64,000 nucleotides of DNA from Bugula neritina (lineage: Eukaryota; Animalia; Bryozoa): NCBI GenBank assembly GCA_964035545.1, contig OZ037768.1, positions 20,319,700 to 20,383,699 on the forward strand, written 5' to 3'. Position 1 is the first letter of the stretch, and each line of letters starts with the position of its first letter. Below the pieces are notes generated by a model that worked only from the letters and a program-made list of their open reading frames with translations, ran no database searches and was not told the DNA's origin. Below, piece by piece: positions 12,668-25,151 of this stretch. The position numbers and the translations under genes were made by a program.

Positions 12668-13312
12668 TATACTAAACACTACACCCTGTAGTGGGAATAT
12701 GAGAATACATCTATAAGAATAATAACTATTCAGGTAAGTAACATTATGTAGTATGGTGAACAGATAAAGAAATGGACAAGCTAATTAAACTCAAACGCTT
12801 GACATTGAAGATCCACATGGTAAGAAGGGAAAGTTGTTCGTCGGCCAGGCAACTATCAGTAATAGGGCTTTGGACCCAAATTATCTAATCCCATGCAAAT
12901 GAGATAATTTTTTCTGAAGCAACAGTGAATAGGTGTCACTTGTCTACAACTTGCTTCTGTTGACAAACTTTAAATTGCAGCTGTCACTTCAGTAACTGAT
13001 AATTTCGATAGCCGCATGGAACTTTTTGAATTTCATTAGCATTTAGAATATGAATTTTTATGAAAGCCATAGTTTTCTTTATTTTCCAAATGAACTCTAA
13101 AGGGAAATGTAAGATATAATTTAAAGAGTCCTTAAGATATATAAAAATATTTTAATACTGGTTATATTAAGTTTGTCACAGATTCTTTAAAGTCTTCTGC
13201 CACCAACCTCTACTGCACTCTCATAGTTAGAGGAGGTAGTTTTAAAACTATTGAAGTTCATTTACGATTTAATTTGCGCCACATTGTTAGGGTTTACAGC
13301 AGCGGGGAACGA

Positions 13313-13405
13313 ATTGAGTAAAGTATTGAGTATAGTATTGAGTATAGTATTGAGTATAGTATTGAGTATAGTATTGAGTATAGTATTGAGTATAGTATTG
13401 AGTAT
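13313..13405. repeat. 12-bp tandem repeat (attgagtatagt)n
   Basis: About 7 copies. Confidence 0.9.
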
Positions 13406-14892
13406 AAACACCATACCCCTGGACATGCAGTCACACCATTATAGTCAGTCATGGTGTATGCATTTAGTAGCATGTGATGTTTCAACTTAGAGATAACTTT
13501 ACTAGGAAGTGTGATGCTGAAAAGCACTAAAAGAACGCAAATATTCACATTTCAATTTCATGGGAAAAAGATGAAAAAAAAACATTACATTTTGAAATAA
13601 TCAGGAAATAGGAAAATGTATAAGTATGACAGTATTTTTATAATTAATATAAAATATGCTACTGAAATACAGTTGGTTTACAGCTTTAGTTCCCAACGCA
13701 TTTATATTCTGTACCTTCAGCAAAGTAAACTAGAATCTTTATACATAGTAAAATAAAGTCAGTGTTTTGCATATTCCAAAACACTACCTTTTAGCTGAAA
13801 CACTCCAAGATGGGAAACCCTTGGAAACCCCTGCCACTCATACATGAACATTAGTACATAAGGGTACCCCGACTTTCAGAAGTTGCAGTAATACAAGAAA
13901 GATTATATAGCTCATTGGCTATAGCCAACTTGTCGGTTCGTCTCTTGGTATAAATTGAGACAATAGAACAGTTAGGTGCATTTCTTTACTGTAAACTTGA
14001 GGCAGCCGTCACAACATATTATTTACAGAATTCCAAACTAGCTACTCTATTTTTCTAAACAGCATATCTAGCCCTTATTTCTGTTATTGGATTTGTGTCT
14101 CTTGATTTAGAGTGAGAGCTAAACCTACCGGATGAGTGTTAGATATGGGACACCGTTTAAAACTGCCCCACTTTCATGAAATACTGCATACATTTTAAGA
14201 GATGGTCTTTTCTTTCAAACTCACTTATAGTTTTATTTAAATTTTAAATAGTAAGATCAGACAATAGGTTGGTTTGTAGATTAAAAGTGTCTTTAGAATA
14301 TCAGCAGGCCGAAGGTCACACAGCACGGATGTCAACAGATTGGGTACAACATCACAAGATGGCAGACGTTCATAAGGACATGCTAAGATGAGGGTTGCAT
14401 GGTGCAACTTGCTTCTGATAATAACCTAGGCATTTGTGATAAAGTGGGATGGTAAAGACAAAGTTGATAAAATTAAGTAATGCCCAGCAAATAATAGGCT
14501 GAAAATTCTCACAGACTTGCTCAATATTGATAAGGGTTATCAAAGGTCACAATCTACAATATTTTATCTCGATTCATTTAAACTTGACCTTTGATGTTGG
14601 TTTATTCATAAACAACATGTGATGTATTAGAAGCCGGCAAGGGTGGGTGCTGAGCCTATAGCTAACATTACTTCTGTTATGTTGTATAGAAGTCACTTTG
14701 TGTCTTTCAACCTCCTACAGCTGCATTCGTTATCTTTTTTTTATACATGTGACTGTTGAAAGCTAACCAACCAATGATAGGCTAGTCTGAGTGAGCTATT
14801 TATAACAGCGAATCATAGAGGGAAGTTCACCATAAGTTCGTGTAAGGACAACATAACTCTCAAGAATATATAAGTGGGCTTTAGCTAATTGA

Positions 14893-15199
14893 CAGGGGTG
14901 TCCAACCCACTGAAAGGAATATTTCATGGCGAGGGCCACATTGAAAGCTTTAGTTCGCTCTGGGGGCCACAGCATCAGTATTGTTCAAATTACATTATTC
15001 CAAATTCTTATGAATCATTGCACAATGAAGTCCCAATGGCTGCATGTTTTGTAGCATGTGTATAAATGAGACATTTAAAAGGTGATTTTTCACTCTAATT
15101 CATGTGTGAAACTTAATTTTAGTTTTATGCCTTTGAGGGCCACATAAATGTAGGTGGGGGGTCACATCTGGCCCTGGGGCCGCTTGTTGGACAGCCCTG
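14893..15199. mobile_element. Non-autonomous hAT (Charlie-like) MITE
   Basis: TIRs caggggtgtccaac ... gttggacagccctg, internal gggccaca repeats, near-duplicated flanks agctaattga / agctaataga. Confidence 0.75.
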
Positions 15200-15709
15200 A
15201 GCTAATAGATTGTGTATTAAGCATGTAGCAATTGCAGTGAGACAAGATGCATCGGAGGAAATTTTTATATATAATGGCGAACATATCTAGTTATGACATG
15301 GACAATGACAGTGACCATAAACCTTCTACTGCTAATAATTCTTCTGGTGTAAACTGCCTAAATTATTATAACTGAAATATTTAAGAATTACATGTTTTAA
15401 ATAATATATACGTATATGGCCATGGTACTTTGTTCTGTGCTGATGAGGAAACAAATCCCAAAACAGCTGCTGTACACAAATTGAGATATATAAATATATT
15501 CAAAACATGTAAATCTTAAATACTTTTATATATATTTATATTGATTTATCAATATAATTATATAAGAATATTTTAAATACAATGAGGATATACTGTATTT
15601 TAATAATTTTATTAGTAAAATATATAATAATCATAACATAATTACTACAAAATTAATTTCAGTTTTACAGGTATGGGTGTGGGATGCATTTGTATCCTAA
15701 CAACATTAA

Positions 15710-17840
15710 TGCTGAAAGAATTTGAGAATATTTCAAAACAACATATGCATATATACAGATCTACAATGAACAAATTGTTTAAGTTACGCCCTACTATATA
15801 ACACCGATTATCTTACACCATGCAGTATTTAATTTACATATTACATCATATAGTAAAAAACAGAGTAATAACCCCTCACATGCATTAATAATATACTATT
15901 TTTAGAAAATTATTTTCCGTAGAGTTGATATAATGCAAAAACACATATAATAAAATTCAGCTACAAGACCTTTTCCTTGCAAATAATTAAAATAGGAACA
16001 TTTTGAAAAAAATCGGTAAACCACAAATAGTTACAGTATTAAATTTAAACATGTTTGTCTTCTGTTATTATTACTGTCATTATTCAAATAGTGTACTAAA
16101 ATAGCAAAACAAAAGTTTGAAAAAATGCTCAATAATGAATGGTGACATAATGAGTGACACCATATGATGTGCGCGTTTACTGGGTTAAAAAAAATTGCAG
16201 TTTTTTGCTGCCATTAAATGTAAACTTATTATGCTTTTTCGTGCAACTTTTGATTACATAAATTCAAATATGTTCTTGCTGTTACTTCTCTGTCTAATTC
16301 ACTTGCTGGAATCCACTCTTCTGGCAGTGAAGCTGTATTAGTAAGTTATATATTTCTCCAATACAAATATAATAATAGTCAATTTTCTTCTGTTATTATG
16401 ATCATTTGAAAATTTTGTGCATATACGTGCATTATGTGTTTGCTTTAATTTCTTAAACTTTAATTGCAGTAATTAAATATTGAAAAAGATTTAATTTCGA
16501 AGCTTGATAGTTATTTGTTGCAAAAAGTGGGAGGCGATTTTCTATGACTGCATTGTACTTAGACTAGTGATTGAAGAGCATTCCTGGCAGAAAAATAAAG
16601 CTCTGAGCAGCCAAGGCAGGATTCAAAGGTGAGAATAAGCTTCATACAAATCATCTTCTGTAGATTGACTAATACTGAGATGCTGGTAGTTCAACTATGA
16701 AATTGGATATTTATAGCTTTTACTGTATGTTGAGTGTTATGGTATAATACAGCTTAATGCAACATGAAATATTCTTACATAATGGTGTTGGCTGGAAACA
16801 GGAGAGAAAAAAAGGAAATAGCTTTAAAGAAGGCAGAAGTGCAGTAATATCATATTCCCTTGCATTCTTGTGACAATATTATAGCCTGCAACTTCACAGT
16901 CATTGCAAAATCAACTGAAGCACAAGTGTATAAAGAATTGGATTCATGCAAATCCACTAAACTCAAAGATGTGTCAAAACGAAAGAATGCGTTGTGCAGG
17001 TGCTTGCTAGCACGGGAGGTCTGCTTCTAACATAACAGTTTCCTCTTCTACTTTCTACAGATCAGCTGACACCAGAGAGTCCGAGTCACCCCTGAAGACC
17101 AGCTCCTTTGTATAACCAAGCCTATCAAATTGGAGACTTTCTAAAAAAATTCGAAGGAACTGGAACTCGCCCTAAGACACACAAGCTTCACCTTCGTCCG
17201 GAAATTATTATGCATGAGTTGAATTAACTACTCACCTACTCTTTTAACTTATTACTTTATGTTTCATTTTAAGTTTATGTCCTTTTATACTATCTTTAAT
17301 ATAATATTCCACATAGAACAACTTGCAAGACAATCTTGCAGCAATCACTGACAACATGCATTACAAAGAAAGTTAAACCCACCAAAGATTTAGGTAAAAA
17401 GAGATTAAAATTCACTCAAGAAATAGGGAAAATATCATCACAACAAAGTATACCAAATTTGGATCAACGATGAAGCAATGCCCACTTACTCCATGGAATA
17501 GAAGGAATTCTAAACAACTCCCACAAAAGAAATCAAGAATAAAGACATCACTGATTGTGATGGTGCATGCAACATTCCTTCCGTTTGTTGAAAAGTTTCT
17601 ATAAAACTTGCAAAGTAGAAAAACAGTTATGTTTTTACGTACTGCAACAGGAAATTTTCATTTTTTTTCAATTAAATTCCTGCTTTTCATTAGACATGAG
17701 ATAAGAAAGGAGCTTGTACTACAGTCTGCTGTCCAAAGTGAAAGAAATGCTAATAAGGAGAAGAGATTTGTGGAACAAAATTTTGAACGGAGCAGAGAAA
17801 CTGATAAGGAAAAACTCCCAACGCTTTCCAATGTTTCTGG
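15710..17840 (+). pseudogene. Decayed multi-exon gene of unknown family, left arm of inverted duplication
   Basis: Exon-like blocks with gtaagt/gtgaga donors; RVRVTPEDQ.LC.TKP and SKELEL.LR.TSF.F shared with the right arm; frameshifts and stops present. Confidence 0.55.
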
Positions 17841-18079
17841 TAAATTCTTAAGTTAAGAAAATAGTTGTAAATAAAAAAATTTGCTGCACTTTAAAATATT
17901 AATAGAGACAAGTGTAGTCCTGAAACCTTGTCATGGTGCAAGCAATATAGCTAATTAACCTTACCATTATAGTTTTCTTTGACTACAGGATAGGTTCTAT
18001 GACGCTTATATCAACTATTTTCATCTATATACAAAAGTTTTGATAGTTCTAATTGGCAATACCAGTCCTAATATTGCAG

Positions 18080-19600
18080 TTTAGAAATTTTGGTTTGGTG
18101 CTTTGCTTCAACAATGCTTGAATGAGTTGTTTTCTCTCTTTTCTCAAATCTTCAGTGAGTTTGACTTTCTTCAGTGCTCAGTATCAGTGTTTGCTGTAAA
18201 AGTACATTGCAAATAGTTTTATATATAAGATCTTATGCTAAAGATAGTATAAAATGACACCATATGGATTTCTAAAGTTAGAACTATAACATAATCAATA
18301 GAAAAGAGTAGGTGAGTAGTCAATCTAACTTACACATAACAATCCATGGGCGAAGTTGAAGCTTGTGGGTCTTAGGATGAGTTCCAGTTCCTTTGAATTG
18401 TTTGAGAAAGTCGTCCAACTTGATAGATTCTGAGGCTTGGTTAGACAGAGGGACTGGTCTTCTGGAGTGACTCGTACTCTCTGGTATTTTGCTAATCTGA
18501 TTGGCCGATCTGATTAGTTGATTTTACAATTCCTGTGAAGTTGTTTATTATATCATCACAAGAATGCAAGAGGATATGATTTGTCTTCTCTTCTCCCTTC
18601 TTTAAAGTATCCTTAGTGTTGTTTTTCCTGTTACCAAACAAACTTTCAATAAGCCAACACCAATATTTAAGAACATTTGATGTCTCTTTAACTCATTAAG
18701 CTGTACTATGCCATAACATTCATAATGTAGGAAGTTTTAAATATCCAATTTCATAATTGAACTACCAATATTTCAGTTTTAGTAAACTTACAGGAAACAT
18801 GGTAGCAATAAACTTATTCTCACCTTTGAACCCTGTCTTGACTGCTTAGAGATTGATTTTTCAGCTGGGAATATTCTTTAACCACAATACAATACAGTTA
18901 CAGATATTCACCTTCCACTCACTGTAACAAACAATTATCATACTCAAACTAATTTTTTTACAAAATTCAATTCCAATAATAGTTTAAGAAATTAAAACAA
19001 AAGCATCATATGTGCATAGAATTTTCAAATTATCATAATAAAAATAAATAACGGAAAACTAACTATGATTATTATATTTATTAAGAAATAATATGACTTA
19101 CTAATACAACTTCACTGCCAGGAGAGTGGATTCCAACAGAAAAGCATAAGAAGTTCACATTGTGTAGCAGTAAAAAACTGTCCTTTTTCAAACTCAGTGC
19201 ATCGTTGTGTCATTCATTGTGCATAACATAACGCATTATCAAACACTTTTTGAATATTTCGTTCCGCTATTTTGATACACAGCTATTTAAATAACAATAG
19301 TAATAGTAACAGAACGCCAAAATGTTTAAAATTCAATGCAGTAGTTAGTTGTAGCATGCTAATTGCAACTTTCAAAGTGTTCCTATTTTAAGGATCTGTA
19401 GGGGAAAAGTTTTATTGCTAAATTTTATAATGTGTTTTTATATATCATTAACTTTGTGAAAAGCTATTTTCTAAATCTGTTTTCTACTGAACAAAATACA
19501 GGTGTAAGAGAATACGTGTTATATAGCAGGGCTTCTCTGAATATTGCAATTTTTTATTGTACATATTATATGTTGCTTTGAAATATTCTCAAATCCTTCC
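18080..19600 (-). pseudogene. Decayed paralogous copy, right arm of inverted duplication
   Basis: Colinear reverse-complement match to 15710-17460 (e.g. 18301-18320 vs ~17228-17246; 19090-19135 vs 16308-16350); at least one acceptor appears lost. Confidence 0.55.
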
Positions 19601-20381
19601 AGGGTTTACAAGCCTTGGTAGCTTTCAACTCCATAGCTTTCAATGCAAAGGGAAAATTCAAGAGTTGATAAATTTATGTCCACAAACTCTCATGTCATTT
19701 TATTTTCTAAACTGCACTAAAATTCAGAGCTTTTACTTGGCATTTTTAATTTATCTATACACAACATGGAGTCTTACAGCACAGTCATTGGAGTTGTTTG
19801 CTCAGCATTGTACAACTTGTATGGAGGCACAACTTCTTGATAATATCTGGTATATACACACGAGTTGAATCAACTAAATCACAATATCTGATAAATACCA
19901 AGTCTTCATTAAACTGTAATAGAAAGTTTTTGTAGTGCCTAAAGCTGTTACATACTTTAGTCTTTAGCATTTAACTTTCTACGATTTGATGTTATACGCA
20001 GTTTCCAATGCAGAATATATGCAGTTAATAATTCAGAATATATATATGTTAATTTCATACCATAGCTATGCTCATTACTGTGTTATTTTACATAATCTAA
20101 TGTTATAAGGAACTTTGAAATACACCACAAATTAATTCCTGTTTTATAAGTTTATACTTGTACACAAAAGCAAAAAGTACATACAAGTAATAATAATAAA
20201 GATTTGTGTTTTTCCAAGACATTACATAATCAATTGTTTCATAATTACATAAATAAAAGTAAATAAAGCGTTAGCTAATAATAAATGGACTGAGAAATCT
20301 ACAGAGTTTCCACTGTGGTAGCTGCTGGGACCCATGCCAACTAATATGCATGAATGCAGAGGTTAGATAGTCTGAGCCTTG

Positions 20382-23354
20382 CTACTGCACGTCTGGAGTC
20401 TGAATGACAATCAGCAGGTAGTCGTGATCTAGAAAATAACATTGTGCATTGTAAACTGTAGTATGTTAGCACAAAGTGTTTTATGACTTTGACAAAATGC
20501 GCTTAAACAGACTAAGTTCTACAGATTTTTGCAACCAGTTAGCAGATTTGAAGTACTTGTGTTTCACATCAACAGCTATTTTATGAAAAAATTCTACGTT
20601 CATGACTCATCTAAGTGGCAAGAAATCAGTTGATCAGTTAATCATTGCTCAAAATTAAACAGTGATTTTCTAGAAAGATATGTAAATAATAAAAGTTGAA
20701 ATGGTACTCAATGTACATCTACTGAAGTTTTTACATTCGAGCTTTTTCAGATTATCCTAAACTATACAATTTCGTAAAATTTCAGTCAAGAAACTGCACT
20801 TATCTAGCACTAAATCAGTAATACGTCATTCCTGACTCACCAGGGGCAACCATAATTTCATATTTTTTACTGCGTAGCCTAAAGAAAGTCAAGTCATTCT
20901 GTGGATCAATGTCACGAACAACACCTCGAGCCTTCTGAGCTAAAGAGTGCACTGTGCTGGCATATGTCATTGTGGTAGAGTTGTCCAGTGTTGTTCTGAT
21001 AGGAATTCCTGTGTGAAAACAGTTTATTGACATGTTTAGTTTGTAAAACAATAGACCGGGTATTAAATTGTACAGTTTACTCAAAATTGGCAAAGCAAAC
21101 TTGTCAGAAAAGAGCATAAAACAAATTATTTTGAGCAAATTAATTATTTAAAGTGAAATAAAATTTCAATTGTTGCAAATTAAATATAAACATAATTAGA
21201 TAATGAACAACTTTGCATAAGTTCATGTTACACATTTCCTCAATATGTCAGTATGATCATACCATCTTGGTTTAGAACTATATAGCCGATCACCCCTTTG
21301 TGTGCAGCAATGCGCTTCAATGTTTCTTCTACCTCTGACTAAAAATATAAACCAATGATCAACTATTATTAGGTTGTTTAGCCTTACAGTAATGCAGACA
21401 ATCAAACAAAACACAAATAATAAAAGAGAAAAACTGTTATATTTTATTGATGAGCTTCACACAACAGAATTAAGAATTTCTGTCTCATGTAAAAGAGATC
21501 ATACTGGGAATAATCCTAACACAGGTTTCTCGTATGTTAGATATAATCTTAAAACTTTCCTGGTATTGGATGGAGCCTAGAAATTTCATTACCTACCTAA
21601 CATAGAGACATACAAAATACAAAAGCTATGGTTTACATAAAACATAAAAAATTCAATTTGAACAATTTTGTTGTCTTTCTACATGATTCTCTGATCTGTG
21701 GTGGACATAATTTCATAATTTTTAGCTGGGTAAATCAAGTACATGTTTAATTTTCTAACTTAAACAAAAATTATCATTATAGAGTTAAAGAATGGTAATA
21801 CTGTTGAAAATATTATTGATATTAAAACATCAGAAGCTAATTTTTCATACAAAACTAAAAAAATTATTTAAACAATAGTTTTACAATACTTCAATATTAT
21901 AGAAAAAGAGTTATAAACTTATGCCAAAAATGATTATATTTGTATATAATTATATTCCACCAAGTCAACCTAACTTGAGTATTTGCTAAATGAAAAAGTA
22001 AAAGTTTTGGTTCCAACCAACTTGTTAAATTCAAAAATTTAATTTGCTTAACTAATTGAGCCAATAGAGATTTTAATTGATTTGTCGCAAGCGTTTAAAA
22101 ATTCCAGTCATATACAAAATTTTCTTTTTAAATTTAGAGCAATTCTTTATATTTTCAGCCTATGCTTAAATTGAAATTAATTATTCAACAGTACTTTAAT
22201 GAAAATATTAAAATAAAGCTAAACTAACAAGCATCACGTTTTTCAAAAGTCTAGTTGGCTATATCTTTAGTAACCACCTAGTATTTAGTAAATTCTAATC
22301 AAATAACTATTCTCTAATTATTTATTGGTTATAAAAAGCTCTAACTGTTTACTATCGTATCATGAGACTTACATTTAACGTCATAAAAAAATTGCACAAA
22401 AAGTAATTAAAGACATAATCTAAACCTAACAACTATTTTCAACATCTAAAAATAATTCATAGTTTGCAACAACTAAGTTATCAACAATTGGTAGGATAAT
22501 TTACTCCAAACAGTGACAGGATAACTTAAATAGGCTAATTACAAATAAGCAATAACTATTTTTATATGACTGGCAACCATTAATAACAAGAATTTATTAA
22601 TAATTAAACTTACTAGCATCATATGCTAGTAGCAAATTTTTTTAAACAATTGGTGAAATTTTGATAGCTCTAACAATAAATCTGTGTCAATTCCAATCAT
22701 TAAATATAAAAAGAGGAAATAGAAATAAATTTCAAGTCAAAACAATCTTTAAATAAAACTTTTAATTCAGAGTAGTGATAATGACATATCACCATTTTAA
22801 TTGCCTTAAAAATCGAGATAAAAATTAATTAAATAAGAATAAATTAGAATACCAAGTCCTATGACCTAGTTATACCCTAGTTAACAATAGGCTTCAAATA
22901 CATAACAGCAATGTAATTAGAAACAGTTTCCATCAACTGATTTAATAAATTTATAATCCATAATTTAAATTACAAAGACAAAGTTGAAAAAATAGATTTT
23001 TATTAATAAACTTTAACACAATTTGAATTAGATCAAATATTAAATTATAAAATCACCATAACTAAGACTATTACACTCACTATGAATCTAACCATAAATG
23101 TCATGGTACAAGACAGCGTCAACTGATTTTGAGTAATCAGTTGAGCCTGTAACTGCAAGTGCAATAAAATAAAAATGAAAATCAAGATGAACTAAAAGTA
23201 AATTGTTGGATAGGACTCATCATCAAGAGCCCCGTAATCAGGGTAATGCTTAAAGCGCGTTAGTTAAAACATTGCTGATAAAACTATTATTTAACATATT
23301 TTAAATCATAAGAAACTCAATAGCAAAAGAATGTTAATAAATAACTCTTACCAT
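20382..23354 (-). CDS. DYNLRB: Dynein light chain roadblock-type; complement(join(20382..20428,20841..21008,21263..21338,23352..23354))
   Basis: [39 protein letters not shown]...[41 protein letters not shown]; ATG-only first exon then 76- and 168-nt exons as in vertebrate DYNLRB. Placement of the ATG exon is the least certain part. Confidence 0.95.
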
Positions 23355-24160
23355 CTTTAAATTTCAGTATCAGCTCAAATGTTTGAGGAAAACACAAATG
23401 TGACCAACTAAACCTTTCAAAGCCTGTTGCTAAGACTCCGTGGTCATGCGCGAACACTGTAAACTTCCTGTGGCTAGTTCCGATAATAAAAAGGAAGACA
23501 ACACCCATGAATTTAAATTCATTGTAATGAGGAGTTATACTAATTTATTGAAGATTGTATTATATATTTTATGTCTTTTGCAAATCTAACGAAGGAATCT
23601 TAAATTATGTAATAACGATGCTTTTTAAACCTAAAAATAGTTAGATGCATGCATTATTTTGTGCAGCGTTGGTTCTATTGAACATACATTTGCAGCATAA
23701 ACATTTAGTTGCATGGCTGTCTCTTTAAAAAAACTGAACACTAGACTCTAGAGTCTAGACTATCAAAATTAGAAACACATTAATAGTACATTTTGACACA
23801 TTAGGATGAAAATATGTTAGATATAGATGCATTTCACTTTTAAGAAAAAGCCCCTGCAAGTTTGAACATGATTTTTATTTAAAATCAGCAATATTATATT
23901 ATTATCAAAGCGCATAAAAAATGTGCAGCTTTCACTTCCTACTATAAATAGGAAGTACAAAGTTGACCTTTTCTTTTGACCTTTTACATCATCTGTTTAA
24001 AGATCTCTTTTTTATTTATAAACAACTTTTTGTGACAACTCTGGTAGTCTAATGGATTTTACACAGACTATAAACATTACTTCGCAAGCCATGCCGCATA
24101 TCGGGTTAAAGGCCTAGGTATCACACAGGAGTGATCATTCTAGCCAATGCTTTCCCTGTT

Positions 24161-24288
24161 GGAATCGTTTTATAAGCAGCTCTGAGTTGTGAGTGACTGA
24201 GTGCAGGAGTTTGAGATTCTCAAGTTTGGAGTTGGAACGCCCAACTCGAGAGTCACCGCCAACTCAGAACTGCTTACACAACGATTCT
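24161..24288. mobile_element. Short MITE, same family as 44961-45095
   Basis: TIRs ggaatcgttttataagcagctctgagttg / caactcagaactgcttacacaacgattct. Confidence 0.7.
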
Positions 24289-25151
24289 CCCTGTTGAGTT
24301 TTGTCTGCAGTTGATAGAAGTTAGTCAATTCTGACAATCATTATTTATTTTTACACAAAAGTATCAGAAAAAGCAATTGTATAGCAAAACATACCAATTT
24401 TCATTTACAGTTACTGAACTAAAACAGACAGGTGATAGATATATTGTATTGAATTAAACATCTCTCCAAATAATAAGAGTTGAGTATTCCACATGAACTA
24501 GGCTGATATAAAACTGTACAATATAGAATTCTCCCATTAAACATGTATATAAAACTAGTTTCCTAACCTGTTTACTCATACAATTTGCAGAGAAAACCTG
24601 GGCTGGAGTGAATAACAAACATAGTAATAGTAGTATAACAATAGAAGTGGACAGTAAAACAAGTGACTAGCCGACACTGTAGTAATTGCACGAAATAATA
24701 TAACATAAAAATAATAACATCGTGTAAATCATTTTAAAATTAATGGAATGACGTTATGACATTATGGATAGTGCAGTTTTAATGCTTTTTTAATTATAAC
24801 GAATAGTTAGAGAATTTTTATCAAGTTCTGTTAAATGAAACCCAATTAAGTAGATGAATTTTCAAATAAATATCAATAAGATCATTCTATAAGAGAAAAG
24901 TTGTAAACTCAGTTTAAAGATAAACCATTTGCAATACAATTAGTTTTATGGAGCAATAAAAAGCTTTTGGAGAATAAAAATAATTTTACAAACCGCAAAA
25001 AAGCACAAAACAGATGGACAGTCAGCGTGTGAAAGGGGTGGATAAAGAAGGCTGCTGTTCAGAAAGGGGGTCAACAAACAATGTGTGAGTGGGAGTAGAT
25101 ATCACGAGCCGAGATGAAATTCGGAAGTCAAGGTCAACACTATAGAGCTCC

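Noticed and set aside
11900-13875. NF-kB-like decamers (gggaagcccc, tggaaacccc)
   Set aside because: Short motifs expected by chance and not tied to a defined promoter.
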